From positions 678,716 to 742,715 of the forward strand of contig SCUM01000001.1 in the NCBI GenBank assembly GCA_004297215.1: a stretch of DNA of 64,000 nucleotides. The letters are read 5' to 3'. The notes under the pieces are model-generated. The model was not told the origin of the DNA, searched no databases, and saw nothing but the letters and a program-made list of their open reading frames with translations. The position numbers and the translations under genes were made by a program. This DNA is from Patescibacteria group bacterium (GTDB lineage: Bacteria > Patescibacteriota > Patescibacteriia > UBA9934 > GWF2-40-263). Shown here one piece after another: positions 37,742 through 46,874 of the stretch; the stretch's first letter is position 1; each line of letters starts with the position of its first letter.

Positions 37742-39634
37742 ATGAGCGCTTACTTAGACAACTACCTCAAACGCGTGGGCGAGGCCAAGGGGCCGCGTCT
37801 TGTTGATGCGCTCAAAAAAAGTGCGGAGGAATTCGCAGAAAAGCACATCGAAACATTTGACTACAACAGCCACATTTCCGGCCTCCTTTACGGCCATGTA
37901 CAGAGCGGGAAAACCGGGCAGATGCTCGCGATCGCTGCTGCAGCCGCCGACAAGGGCTTCAAATTTTTTGTACTGGTAACGACTGACAACGTGCTGCTGC
38001 ACAAGCAGACACTCGAGCGCGCCAAAACTTTCCTCGGCGGATTTATGGCCGGCTTCAATGTGCTTGGCGAAATGGACGAGGAGGCATTTATTACGCGCGG
38101 GCTGCAAATGCCGACAATTATCGTGCTCAAAAAGAATTCAAGCGTGCTGAAGACATGGGCGAACAACATAAGCAGCAATGCGCTTTATAAAGACGAGCCA
38201 CTGTTTTTGCTCGACGACGAGGCAGATGCATCAAGCCTCAACACCAAGGTGAACCAGCATGAGCAGAGCACCATCAATTCACTTTTAGAAAAAATCAGCC
38301 GTCAGGCGCCGTCAGGAATGTACCTGCACGTTACCGCCACGCCACAGTCGCTTGTCCTTCAGATTTCAAATTCAAACTGGAAGCCACAATTCTCTTTTTA
38401 TCTACCGCCGGGCGAAGGCTACCTCGGAGGCGATTTCTTCTACGGAGAGGAATCAAAGAATCTCATAGAAACGGAAGACAACGAGCGGGACGATCTCTTG
38501 AAAGCCGAGCATGTCCCGATCGGCCTGCGCAAAGCAGTTCTCCATTTTCTTATTGCATCCTCTGATCTGTTTCTTACCAAAGAGAAGCCTGTTTGCAGCA
38601 TGCTTATACATCCGGGTGCGCGCATCAGCGAACATGCAACGGTGCGGACTAAAGTCGAGAAATTTCTCGAGGGCGTAAAAAATGACCTTATTGCCAATTC
38701 GCAGACGCTGGAATTTGATCTGCGAGATGCATGGCAGGATTTCTCAAAAACAAAGGACGGAATAAAGAGCTTTGAGGATGTAATGAAATTCCTCCGCTCT
38801 GGCATGCCAAGCGTCAACATTGTGGTGCTCAACTCAAAGACGCCAGAGGGAGCAGTCTACGACAAAGGCCTAAACATCGTAATCGGAGGCAATACTCTCG
38901 GCCGTGGCGTGACTTTTCCAGGCCTGCAGGTTGTGTATTACTGCCGAAGCGCCAAAACTCCGCAGGCCGACACTTATTGGCAGCATGCGCGCGTCTTCGG
39001 CTATGACCGCGATCCCGGGCTATGCCGAATCTTCAGCCCCAAGCCGCTGATAAAGCTCTTCCGCGAACTGAATGATGCAAACAATGCGCTCTTTGAAACA
39101 CTCCGGCAGAAAGGCCCGCAGGCAGTCAGCATTTTAAGCCCCGCCGGCACCAAACCGACCCGCATGAGCGTGGTGCTCCGCGAAGACCTGATGATTGTGG
39201 CCGGAGGCGTGAATTACTTCCCGCTGCTTCCAACCTCAGCGAACCTGACAGAGATAGACAAGGAGCTGGGAGCAAAGGATGACGAGCGCGACATCTCGCT
39301 TGATGAGGCAGAAAAACTTCTGCGACTGGCGGGTGTTGAAAAAACCGACCTATGGAACCAGCATTCATTCCCTGACTGCATTGAGACGCTCCGAAAAAAC
39401 AACGTCAAATACGACTGTCGTCTGATTGTCCGCACCGAAAGAAGCATCAGCAAAGGCACGGGAACCCTCCTCTCGCCGACTGACCGCGAGATTGGTGCAC
39501 AGCATGAAGATCGGCTCGTTCTGACCATGTACCGCCTCAAAGGAGAGGCGAGCAAAGGCTGGCAGGACAAGCCCCTGTGGGTGCCTAACATAAAATTCCC
39601 GAACGGCACTTATTTCTACTATCAGCTGAAATAA
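37742..39634 (+). CDS. SF2 helicase-like ATPase with Z1 domain (CglI H subunit-like)
   Basis: GHVQSGKT, DDEAD.ASLN, TATPQ, IVIGGNTLGRG.T..GL...YY.R, Q..R.FGY. Confidence 0.9.
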   Translation: MSAYLDNYLKRVGEAKGPRLVDALKKSAEEFAEKHIETFDYNSHISGLLYGHVQSGKTGQMLAIAAAAADKGFKFFVLVTTDNVLLHKQTLERAKTFLGGFMAGFNVLGEMDEEAFITRGLQMPTIIVLKKNSSVLKTWANNISSNALYKDEPLFLLDDEADASSLNTKVNQHEQSTINSLLEKISRQAPSGMYLHVTATPQSLVLQISNSNWKPQFSFYLPPGEGYLGGDFFYGEESKNLIETEDNERDDLLKAEHVPIGLRKAVLHFLIASSDLFLTKEKPVCSMLIHPGARISEHATVRTKVEKFLEGVKNDLIANSQTLEFDLRDAWQDFSKTKDGIKSFEDVMKFLRSGMPSVNIVVLNSKTPEGAVYDKGLNIVIGGNTLGRGVTFPGLQVVYYCRSAKTPQADTYWQHARVFGYDRDPGLCRIFSPKPLIKLFRELNDANNALFETLRQKGPQAVSILSPAGTKPTRMSVVLREDLMIVAGGVNYFPLLPTSANLTEIDKELGAKDDERDISLDEAEKLLRLAGVEKTDLWNQHSFPDCIETLRKNNVKYDCRLIVRTERSISKGTGTLLSPTDREIGAQHEDRLVLTMYRLKGEASKGWQDKPLWVPNIKFPNGTYFYYQLK

Positions 39635-39635
39635 A

Positions 39636-40049
39636 ATGGCAGACAAGCATACAAAAATTCAGAGGTCAAAAAACATGGCCTCGATACGGAGCGTGGGAAA
39701 TAAGAGCACCGAAATGGCTCTTATTTCTTTATTGCGCCACAACAAGATTACCGGCTGGAGACGGCACAGCAAGAAAGCAGCCGGCCGACCGGATTTTATT
39801 TTCCATAAACAAAAAATAGCCCTCTTCGTAGACGGCTGCTTTTGGCACGGCTGCAAAAAACACTGCATTATGCCCAAGAGCAACCAGAAATACTGGGAAC
39901 CGAAGATCGCCCGCAACAAAGCCCGCGACAAGGCCGTTAATCGGCACTATAAGATCGCTGGATGGCAAATACTAAGAATGTGGGAGCACGACATGAAACG
40001 TCCCGAGAAAATGCTCCTGAAACTTACCGCGATATTGGCCGGTAAATAA
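39636..40049 (+). CDS. vsr: Very short patch repair endonuclease
   Basis: MADKHT...RS.NM..IRS, G.PDF, FVDGCFWHGC, W..KI.RN..RD, WEH. Confidence 0.95.
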   Translation: MADKHTKIQRSKNMASIRSVGNKSTEMALISLLRHNKITGWRRHSKKAAGRPDFIFHKQKIALFVDGCFWHGCKKHCIMPKSNQKYWEPKIARNKARDKAVNRHYKIAGWQILRMWEHDMKRPEKMLLKLTAILAGK

Positions 40050-40085
40050 GCCACCTGTAATGCACACCAATTCAGAAACAGCACG
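40050..40085. other. Right att junction of the element within comM
   Basis: Minus strand ...CAC CGC GGC GTG CTG TTT CTG|AAT TGG: comM similarity stops where the conserved 'DE' is expected. Confidence 0.8.
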
Positions 40086-40972
40086 CCGCGGTGCGCGAGC
40101 GTCACCTCGCCCGGCCGCGGATTCGCTCCGCCTCCCACCAGGGCGACGGCGCTCGCGCTGTGATGGGGGGTACGGAATGGCCGCTGCCGCATGAGTGCGT
40201 TGCCCGCCAGCATCCCGGAGACCGATGCGATGGTGGTCGCCTCGATCGCTTCCTCGCTCGTGAGTGGCGGGAGCAACCCCGGCAGGGCGCGGGCAAGAAG
40301 GGTCTTCCCCGTGCCAGGCGGGCCTTTCATGAGGAGATTGTGGCCCCCCGAGGCCGCGATTTCCAGCCCCCGCTTGGCATATTCCTGTCCACGGATGTCC
40401 GAGAAATCCACCTCGCATGGCGCAGGAGGCTTCGGGGGGAGCGGTTCGGACCTCTGGAGCGTCGAAATGCCGGTGAAGTGGTCCACCAAGGCGCTCAATG
40501 AATGGACGCCGAACACCTCGATGCCGTCGACCAGGGCGGCTTCCGGGGCGTTTTGCGACGGGACGAACATCCGCCTGAGTCCGCGGCTTGCCGCCATGCG
40601 CGCGGCGGCCAGGATGCCGTGCACCGGCCGCACGCTCCCGTCAAGCGCCAGTTCTCCAAGGATGACGGCATCCGAAACAGGCGGGCAGGTAAGGTCGCCG
40701 CTGGCGAACAGCATGGAAATGGCAACGGCAAGGTCGAAGAGCGGCCCCTGTTTCTTTACGTCTGCCGGAGCGAGGTTCACGGTGATGCGCGTGCGTGGGA
40801 AGGAGAACCCCGCGTGCTTGATGGCGGCGCGGATGCGGTCGCGCGATTCCTTTACGGTCGCATCCGGAAGCCCGACCACGTTGAAATTAGGCATCCCGAA
40901 CGAAATGTCGGTCTCTACCGTCACGGGAACGGCGTCGATGCCGAGGATGGTGGCCGAAATGACCTGTCTCAT
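40073..40972 (-). pseudogene. comM: 5' part (300 codons) of comM/yifB Mg-chelatase-like ATPase, interrupted by the prophage
   Basis: VVGLPDATVKESRDR, ITVNLAPA, GELALDG, GPPGTGKT, RPFRTPHHSAS, PGEVTLAHRGVLFL, then unrelated sequence. Confidence 0.93.
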
Positions 40973-41023
40973 AGGAGAAAAACAAAACCCCCGCCGGATG
41001 GCGAGGGTCATGTGATTGATTGA

Positions 41024-41506
41024 CTATAGGATACCCGATGCGGGAGCCGTTGTCAAGTCGCGCGGCGGCCTCCCTCCACTCAACAGAAGCCCTCCGACCC
41101 CCGCGACGATGAGGATGTCGCACAGGTTGATCGCCAGGCGCCCGAACAGCAGCACATAATCGACCGTGAACCCGTAGGCGAGGCGGTCGAACAGGTTCCC
41201 GGCGGCCCCAAGCAGGATGATAACGGCAAAAAGGCTTCCCATCGGCCGGCGCACCCTTGATGTCCAGGCAAGACGCACGAGAAAGGCGGCGATGATTCCC
41301 GTGGTCACGAGGATAATCGGCATCCTGAACGGAAGGTCGAAGGCAATCCCGAAATTCTTATGGACGACGAGCTCCACGAGCCTCGGATGCGCAATCGCCT
41401 CATCGCCTGGGAGCGCCTGGAGCGCCCACGCCTTGATCCATTCGTCGGTGACGACCACGGCCGCCGTCCCAAGGACGGCGAGTGCACGAGCGATGCCCGG
41501 CTTCAC
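41024..41506 (-). CDS. lspA: Signal peptidase II
   Basis: N.GIAF, GA.GNL.DR...G..VDY, N..D; GTG start coupled to the upstream stop. Confidence 0.9.
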   Translation of the reverse strand: MKPGIARALAVLGTAAVVVTDEWIKAWALQALPGDEAIAHPRLVELVVHKNFGIAFDLPFRMPIILVTTGIIAAFLVRLAWTSRVRRPMGSLFAVIILLGAAGNLFDRLAYGFTVDYVLLFGRLAINLCDILIVAGVGGLLLSGGRPPRDLTTAPASGIL

Positions 41507-41877
41507 ATCTCCTGGGTAAGCGTTTTCTTGCACTGGATGCACGAGGTGGAGGTCGGCCTGGCGATGAGACGACGCTCGTCGATGGGTTGCTTGCAGTACT
41601 TGCACGTGCCATAGGTCCCCGTATCCACCAGCTTCAGGGCTCCCTCCACATCGCGAAGTGCCTTGACCAGTTCATCTTCGAGGGACAAGTTGTCGCTGAA
41701 TTGAGCCACTTCTGAAGCGTTTTCATCCTCCGCATCGCCGGAGTTCGGGAAATCCGCCGTGTATTCCGTTTTAGCCGCTTGCGGGTTGCGGTGGGCGAAT
41801 TGCCCAAGTTCATGCTCAAGACGAGCCTTCTCCATCACCAAAAGTCCTTTCATTTTGTCGATGAATGCAGCATCCAT
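41503..41877 (-). CDS. DksA/TraR C4 zinc-finger protein
   Basis: AL...D.GTYG.CKYCKQPIDERRL.ARP....CIQCK. Confidence 0.92.
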   Translation of the reverse strand: MDAAFIDKMKGLLVMEKARLEHELGQFAHRNPQAAKTEYTADFPNSGDAEDENASEVAQFSDNLSLEDELVKALRDVEGALKLVDTGTYGTCKYCKQPIDERRLIARPTSTSCIQCKKTLTQEM

Positions 41878-41961
41878 AAAGTCAAAAATCATCTAACTTT
41901 AGCACCTTTTAATAAAATATCACCCTTTAAGGGTGTTGGCAAACGGAACCAGGGGATGTTC

Positions 41962-42373
41962 CGAAAAAAAGTGAGAGGGCGTGACCCCTATAGGAAAATA
42001 TGGGCTGCCCTCTCTGAGAGTGGACGGCTGAATGGGGCGAGCTCGTTTGAGCTCCGGGTTCCGCGCCGGACGGAACCGGATCGGGACTCGAAGCACAAAC
42101 GAACATCTACCGGCCATGGAGCCAGAGTGTCCAACGCACCTCTCTACCATTCAGTGGTCTTATCCGCAGACGGCTTCCGAAAAGGAAGACCGTATGATGG
42201 GGCGGACGGGCCGAGATACTGATCTCGTTACCGAGATTTCGCATCGGAGCAGTAGAGAAGCGGGATGGCCTGCGAAAGTTCGCAGGCGCCGTGGGGCAGC
42301 GCATGCTTGTTGGGACCTTCGCAGGGTCTCCCAATGGTTGGGTGGGAGGTTGGGGAAGGAGCGTGTCGGGTAC
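41962..42373 (-). ncRNA. Candidate ~410-nt structured non-coding RNA of unknown family
   Basis: Consensus promoter upstream, many helices with GNRA loops and G-U pairs on the minus strand, terminator-like hairpin plus U7, and no credible ORF. Confidence 0.6.
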
Positions 42374-42379
42374 TGCTAT

Positions 42380-42408
42380 AATCTACCATGAATAAAAGTT
42401 TGTGTCAA
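42380..42408 (-). promoter_or_regulatory. Sigma70 promoter of the candidate ncRNA
   Basis: Minus strand TTGACA-17nt-TAGATT. Confidence 0.75.
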
Positions 42409-42471
42409 AGGATTGTTATTCAGCTCTGTTGAGCTAAGGAAGTAAGAAATAGTCCCAATGGTCAATTTAGG

Positions 42472-42511
42472 TTATCCACATTTACACCCAGTTGTACACG
42501 AGTTATCCACA
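42472..42511 (+). promoter_or_regulatory. DnaA box pair
   Basis: Perfect TTATCCACA at 42472-42480 and 42503-42511, with degenerate TTGTACACG between them. Confidence 0.65.
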
Positions 42512-42512
42512 T

Positions 42513-43787
42513 TTAATTGCAAAAAGTAATCGTTGTCTGCATCCAATTATTGTTCACGGAAACACTAGCAAATTCACGTGCAAGCTCTGAAAGGACAGAT
42601 GGTTGGATGGTGTCTGGGAACATCGCAGATAAGCCTACAAGGGCCGGAAGATCCACGAACAGAACATTCCCACCACAGGCCGTTTGGCTTCGTGGAGATT
42701 CCGTTATCCACGACTGAAGCAGATCAGGATCGTTGCTAAAAAGGATGTTCCCCCTATCTTCCGTGGTTTGAAGGATTGTTCCGTTACGTACAAGGACCCC
42801 CAAAACCTCATGTCCTGCCATGACGACGGACTCCACCGTGGTCTTCCCAGGGTCCGCAATGATTTCACTTGCCTTCGTATTGTCAGGCAGCAGCCAGTCT
42901 TTCGTCGTCGGGGATTGCATGGCGGCCGAAAGACGCAATACGTCCTGCGCGGCAAATCCATCAAGCCTTGATTTTTCAATTGAAAACAGATACCGATCGT
43001 TCTTCCCAAGAAGGATGGCTCCCGGCCCGGATGTCCAGGTCGAAATCGACTCCGCCTCTGGCCCTCGCAGAGGGACTCCAAGCTGGGAAAGAGATGGAGA
43101 AAGCCAACGAAGGTCTAGATTTGGCAACAATGGTGTAGCCACATAGGCAATAATTCCTTCGTAAGCCGGAATGGACATGCTTGGCAAACCCTTTGGGAGA
43201 AAGCGGATTTCAAGCGATGCGTCTCGTGTTACATACATCGTGCCGACAAGGTCGTCCGCAGTAGAAAACGAACCGATATCGCGTGATCCGCTCCATGCAG
43301 CGGGAGGAATGTTCCACGCGCGACGAACAGGCATCCCATGGATCGGTTGTGGTTGGTCAGAAAGGAGAAAGACATGGCGTTTTATCCGTTCCACCACGAT
43401 TCCTTGGGAATCAAGTGCTGCCATGGGCATGTGGCGGTCGTCCGAGCGAACCGCAAGAGACCGCCTGCCGTCAGGACCGAAGAAAATGGCAAATTCACCT
43501 TGGACGAACGGTCGAATGTCCAAAACGGTCAGCGAGCGATTGGAAATGAGGGGGAAGGCCCCAAGCGTCCGCCCCATCACGTCCCAGCTTCCCCCTCGAG
43601 GGGTGAATCGAGCCACGGCGATTGTCCCTTCGGGCGCGGCTGCGGATAGGGTGTCACGGCCGAACCACGCCCCGGAAACCCCCCACGTCATGGCAAAACA
43701 CAGGACCGCCGCCATGATGCGCCACGAAACAACCCGCCGATGGCGGGTTGTTTGGCTTGTCCCAAGCTGGATTCCGAGGTTTTTCAT
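42513..43787 (-). CDS. Hypothetical membrane-anchored protein
   Basis: 424 aa ORF with an N-terminal TM segment, directly downstream of pnp. Confidence 0.7.
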   Translation of the reverse strand: MKNLGIQLGTSQTTRHRRVVSWRIMAAVLCFAMTWGVSGAWFGRDTLSAAAPEGTIAVARFTPRGGSWDVMGRTLGAFPLISNRSLTVLDIRPFVQGEFAIFFGPDGRRSLAVRSDDRHMPMAALDSQGIVVERIKRHVFLLSDQPQPIHGMPVRRAWNIPPAAWSGSRDIGSFSTADDLVGTMYVTRDASLEIRFLPKGLPSMSIPAYEGIIAYVATPLLPNLDLRWLSPSLSQLGVPLRGPEAESISTWTSGPGAILLGKNDRYLFSIEKSRLDGFAAQDVLRLSAAMQSPTTKDWLLPDNTKASEIIADPGKTTVESVVMAGHEVLGVLVRNGTILQTTEDRGNILFSNDPDLLQSWITESPRSQTACGGNVLFVDLPALVGLSAMFPDTIQPSVLSELAREFASVSVNNNWMQTTITFCN

Positions 43788-43793
43788 GATTCG

Positions 43794-46022
43794 TTACGGT
43801 CGCCGGGGCCCGTTCCCGAAGCCTGGGCGTGCCGGCGGACGGGTCGACGAGCCGCCCATGGCACTTTCGGGCGGTTTCTCTGGGTAGACGTTCCCCTCCG
43901 CCTGCTTCATGGACAGGTTTATGCGGCCAAGGTTGTCGATCTCCGTCACCTTTACCTGCACCTGCTGGCCCACCTTCACGATATCACCAGGTTCGTTCAC
44001 GCGCCAAGGGGCCATTTCACTCACATGGACAAGCCCCTCCTGTTTTGGCAGGAACTCCACGAACGCCCCGAAGTTCATGAGGCGCGTGACCTTTCCTGCG
44101 AACGTTTCCCCCAACTTTACCTCCCGAGTGAGGTTGTGGACCCAGGCTAGGGCCTTTTGGGCCGCCTCGGCATTCACGGAGGTGATCATCACCAGGCCGT
44201 CGTCCTCGATGTCGATGCTTCCGACCCCGGTCACCGCGATGATCTCGTTGATCATCTTACCGCCCGGGCCGATGACCGCGCCGATCTTTTCCGGGTTGAT
44301 CTTGAGCGTGATGATGCGCGGGGCGTACGGTGACAGCTCCGCGCGGGGCGCGGCGATCGCCGAGAGCATCGCGGCGAGGATGTGAAGACGCGCTTCCTTG
44401 GCCTGGCCGAACGTGACCTCGATGACGTCCTTGGTGAGGCCGTCGGTCTTGGTGTCCATCTGGATGGCCGTGACCCCCATGGCGGAGCCGGCGATCTTGA
44501 AGTCCATCCCCCCCGCGCCGTCCTCGAGGTCCTGCAGGTCGGTAATCACCTTCCATCCGCCCTTGCCGTCGGTGGCGAGCCCCATGGCCATGCCGGCGAC
44601 CGGCGCCTTGAGGGGAACGCCCGCCGCCATGAGCGCGAGGGTCGCTCCGCAGGTGGAGGCCATCGAACTCGAGCCGTTCGATCCAAAAACCTCGCTCACG
44701 GCGCGGATGGTGTACGGGAAGCTTTCCTTTTCCGGCATCATGCCCGCGAGCGCCTTTTCCGCGAGCGCGCCGTGCCCGATCTCGCGCCGGCCCGGGCCGC
44801 GCATGGGCTTCACCTCTCCCACCGAGTAGGGGGGGAAGTTGTAGTGGAGGAAGAAGCGCTTCTTCTCCACGTGCTCCATGCCGTCGAGCTCCTGGGCGTC
44901 GCCAGGGCCGCCGAGGGTGACGGTCGCGAGCACCTGCGTGTCGCCGCGCTTGAAGTGCGCGCTGCCGTGCACGCGCGGGAGCACGTCCACCTCGCACACG
45001 AGCGCGCGCACGTCGCGGATCCCGCGTCCGTCCACGCGCTTGTCCTCATGCAGGATGGCGAGCGACACGGCCTCCTCGACCACCTTGCCGATGATGCCGG
45101 TGCCGTACTTCACGTCATCCCCTTCCACTCCCTGTTGTGACAGGAACGCCTCGGTGCGCTTCTTGATTTCCTTTTTCTGTGCGGCACGTTCCACCTTGCT
45201 GGCTCGCGGGGCGCCGAACATGAGCTCCTTGGTGGCCCCATGGATGAACGGGCGGGCCATTGCCTCGACCTCCGCGCGACGGGCGTTCTTGGCCGCTTCC
45301 ACATCGGATTTCGGGGCGAATACGTCGCGCTTTTCCTTGCCGCAAGCCGCGCGCACTTCCTCGATGAGCTTGATGGGCGCCCCCATGTGCTTCATGCCGA
45401 ACCAGAAGCCGCCGAGCACCACTTCCTCGGTCGCTTCCGTGGCGCTCGCCTCCACCATGATCACCTTCTCGGAGGTGCCGGCGAACTGCAGGTCGAGGTC
45501 GGATTTCTTGCGCGCCTCATAGCTCGGGTTCAGGACCCACTCCCCACCGATCGATCCCACGCGCACGCAGGCGATGGGGCCCCTCCAGGGGATGTCGCTC
45601 ATGTGCAGGGCACAGGAGGCGCCGATCAAGCCAAGCACGTCCGGATCGTTCTCCCCGTCGAAGGAAAGGCAGGTGACGACCACCTGGATGTCGGTGCGGA
45701 TGCGGTCGTCGAACAGCGGGCGGACGGCGCGGTCGATGGCGCGGCCCACGAGCACGGCCTCGTCGGTGGGTCGGCCTTCTTTCTTGATGAACCGGCTCCC
45801 CTTGATGCGGCCGGCCGCGTACAGGCGCTCCTCGTATTCCACCATGAGAGGGAAGAAATCCATCCCTTCGCGTCCGGAGTCGCTCATGACGGCCGTGGCG
45901 AGCACGATGGTGTCGCCGTAACGGACGGTGCAGGAGCCGCTGGCCTGCGTGGCATACTTGCCGGTCTCGATGGTGAGCGTCTTGCCTCCCCACTCGGCGG
46001 AGAATGATTTCACCTCTGGCAT
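43794..46022 (-). CDS. pnp: Polyribonucleotide nucleotidyltransferase
   Basis: DFFPL, HGSAHFKRGDTQ, RREIGHGALAE, SNGSSSMAS, GMDFKIAG, KH and S1 domains. Confidence 0.98.
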   Translation of the reverse strand: MPEVKSFSAEWGGKTLTIETGKYATQASGSCTVRYGDTIVLATAVMSDSGREGMDFFPLMVEYEERLYAAGRIKGSRFIKKEGRPTDEAVLVGRAIDRAVRPLFDDRIRTDIQVVVTCLSFDGENDPDVLGLIGASCALHMSDIPWRGPIACVRVGSIGGEWVLNPSYEARKKSDLDLQFAGTSEKVIMVEASATEATEEVVLGGFWFGMKHMGAPIKLIEEVRAACGKEKRDVFAPKSDVEAAKNARRAEVEAMARPFIHGATKELMFGAPRASKVERAAQKKEIKKRTEAFLSQQGVEGDDVKYGTGIIGKVVEEAVSLAILHEDKRVDGRGIRDVRALVCEVDVLPRVHGSAHFKRGDTQVLATVTLGGPGDAQELDGMEHVEKKRFFLHYNFPPYSVGEVKPMRGPGRREIGHGALAEKALAGMMPEKESFPYTIRAVSEVFGSNGSSSMASTCGATLALMAAGVPLKAPVAGMAMGLATDGKGGWKVITDLQDLEDGAGGMDFKIAGSAMGVTAIQMDTKTDGLTKDVIEVTFGQAKEARLHILAAMLSAIAAPRAELSPYAPRIITLKINPEKIGAVIGPGGKMINEIIAVTGVGSIDIEDDGLVMITSVNAEAAQKALAWVHNLTREVKLGETFAGKVTRLMNFGAFVEFLPKQEGLVHVSEMAPWRVNEPGDIVKVGQQVQVKVTEIDNLGRINLSMKQAEGNVYPEKPPESAMGGSSTRPPARPGFGNGPRRP

Positions 46023-46164
46023 AACGAATTTGTCCTGTCCGGACGGGAGGCATCGAGCACCAGCTCGATTTCTCTGAGTCCGGACGGGAATATGGGCACG
46101 AGCCCTTAGCGATTAGCCTTTAGCCACTAGGGTTTCCTAATGGCTAACAGCTAACGGCTGATGG

Positions 46165-46836
46165 CTAGAACGATAGTCGGCGGCGACGGCGCTCCTCCTG
46201 GGTCGCGGCCGGACGGGCCGGCTTCTTGCCGCCGGGCATCACGCCAGGACCGCCGACCCCTTCCGGGCTGTCCGTCGAGCGCTCAAGCGCCACGCGCACG
46301 TCTTCCTGGGCCTTGGCGCTCTTCAGGCGCATGCCGCCGAGCAGGTAGCGCTTCTTGTCGTCGGAGAGGTTCACGAACCGGTCGGCGGCCTCCACCGACT
46401 TGCTGGAAGAGGTCTCGCGGAACCCCATCACCTCCACGATGCGGCCGCGGTTCTTCGCGTAATCGATGAGCGGCTCGAAATCGCCGTCGCCGGACACGAT
46501 CACCACCACGTCGAGCATGTCGAGCATGCGGATCACGTCCACGGCGAGCCCCACGTCCCAGTCCGCCTTCTTCTGGCCGCTCGTGTACTCCATCAGTTCC
46601 TTCTGGCGCAGCTCGATTCCCTCCTTTTGCAGCGCCTCGAAGAACGGCTGTTCCTCCTGGCCCTTCGTGCTCACCACGTAGGCGGTGGCGCGGATGAGGC
46701 GGCGGTCGGCCACGGCGTCTTCCACGATGTTCTTGAAATTCACCTTGCTCCCGAACAGGTAGCGGGCGCTGTAGTACATGTTCTGCGTGTCGATGAACAC
46801 GCCTACGCGTTGGTCCGGATGTTGCGAAGATGCCAT
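46165..46836 (-). CDS. NYN/LabA (DUF88) domain protein
   Basis: FIDTQNMY, KADWDVGLAVD, SGDGDF. Confidence 0.92.
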   Translation of the reverse strand: MASSQHPDQRVGVFIDTQNMYYSARYLFGSKVNFKNIVEDAVADRRLIRATAYVVSTKGQEEQPFFEALQKEGIELRQKELMEYTSGQKKADWDVGLAVDVIRMLDMLDVVVIVSGDGDFEPLIDYAKNRGRIVEVMGFRETSSSKSVEAADRFVNLSDDKKRYLLGGMRLKSAKAQEDVRVALERSTDSPEGVGGPGVMPGGKKPARPAATQEERRRRRLSF

Positions 46837-46874
46837 AGGACGAGCAAGCCCCCGCACGAGGGCGGGGGTTTGCC

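Larger units (their letters stand above)
1637..40072. mobile_element. Temperate prophage (podovirus-like) inserted in comM; left boundary probably beyond the window
   Basis: Full module set (integrase, switch, recombination, replication, packaging, head, tail/ejection, lysis). Right end abuts the truncated comM. Visibly lower GC than the flank. Confidence 0.9.

Noticed and set aside
39947-40072. Full-length 354-aa comM as given in the ORF track
   Set aside because: The last ~41 codons are read-through into the att site and antisense vsr; similarity ends at LFL.
41952-42373. Identification of the structured RNA as tmRNA, RNase P RNA, SRP RNA, T-box or cobalamin riboswitch
   Set aside because: GGGGATG and TTCGAGTCCC fragments lie on opposite strands with no acceptor stem or CCA. 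GAGGAAAGTCC, GGAAGGAAGCAG and GGTGGTACC-type signatures are absent.
42472-42511. Chromosomal oriC
   Set aside because: Only two perfect boxes, no dnaA/dnaN and no clear unwinding element.
46023-46164. Hairpins and TTAGC/GCTAA repeats between the NYN gene and pnp as a novel RNA
   Set aside because: Adequately explained by a terminator and the usual structured pnp leader.
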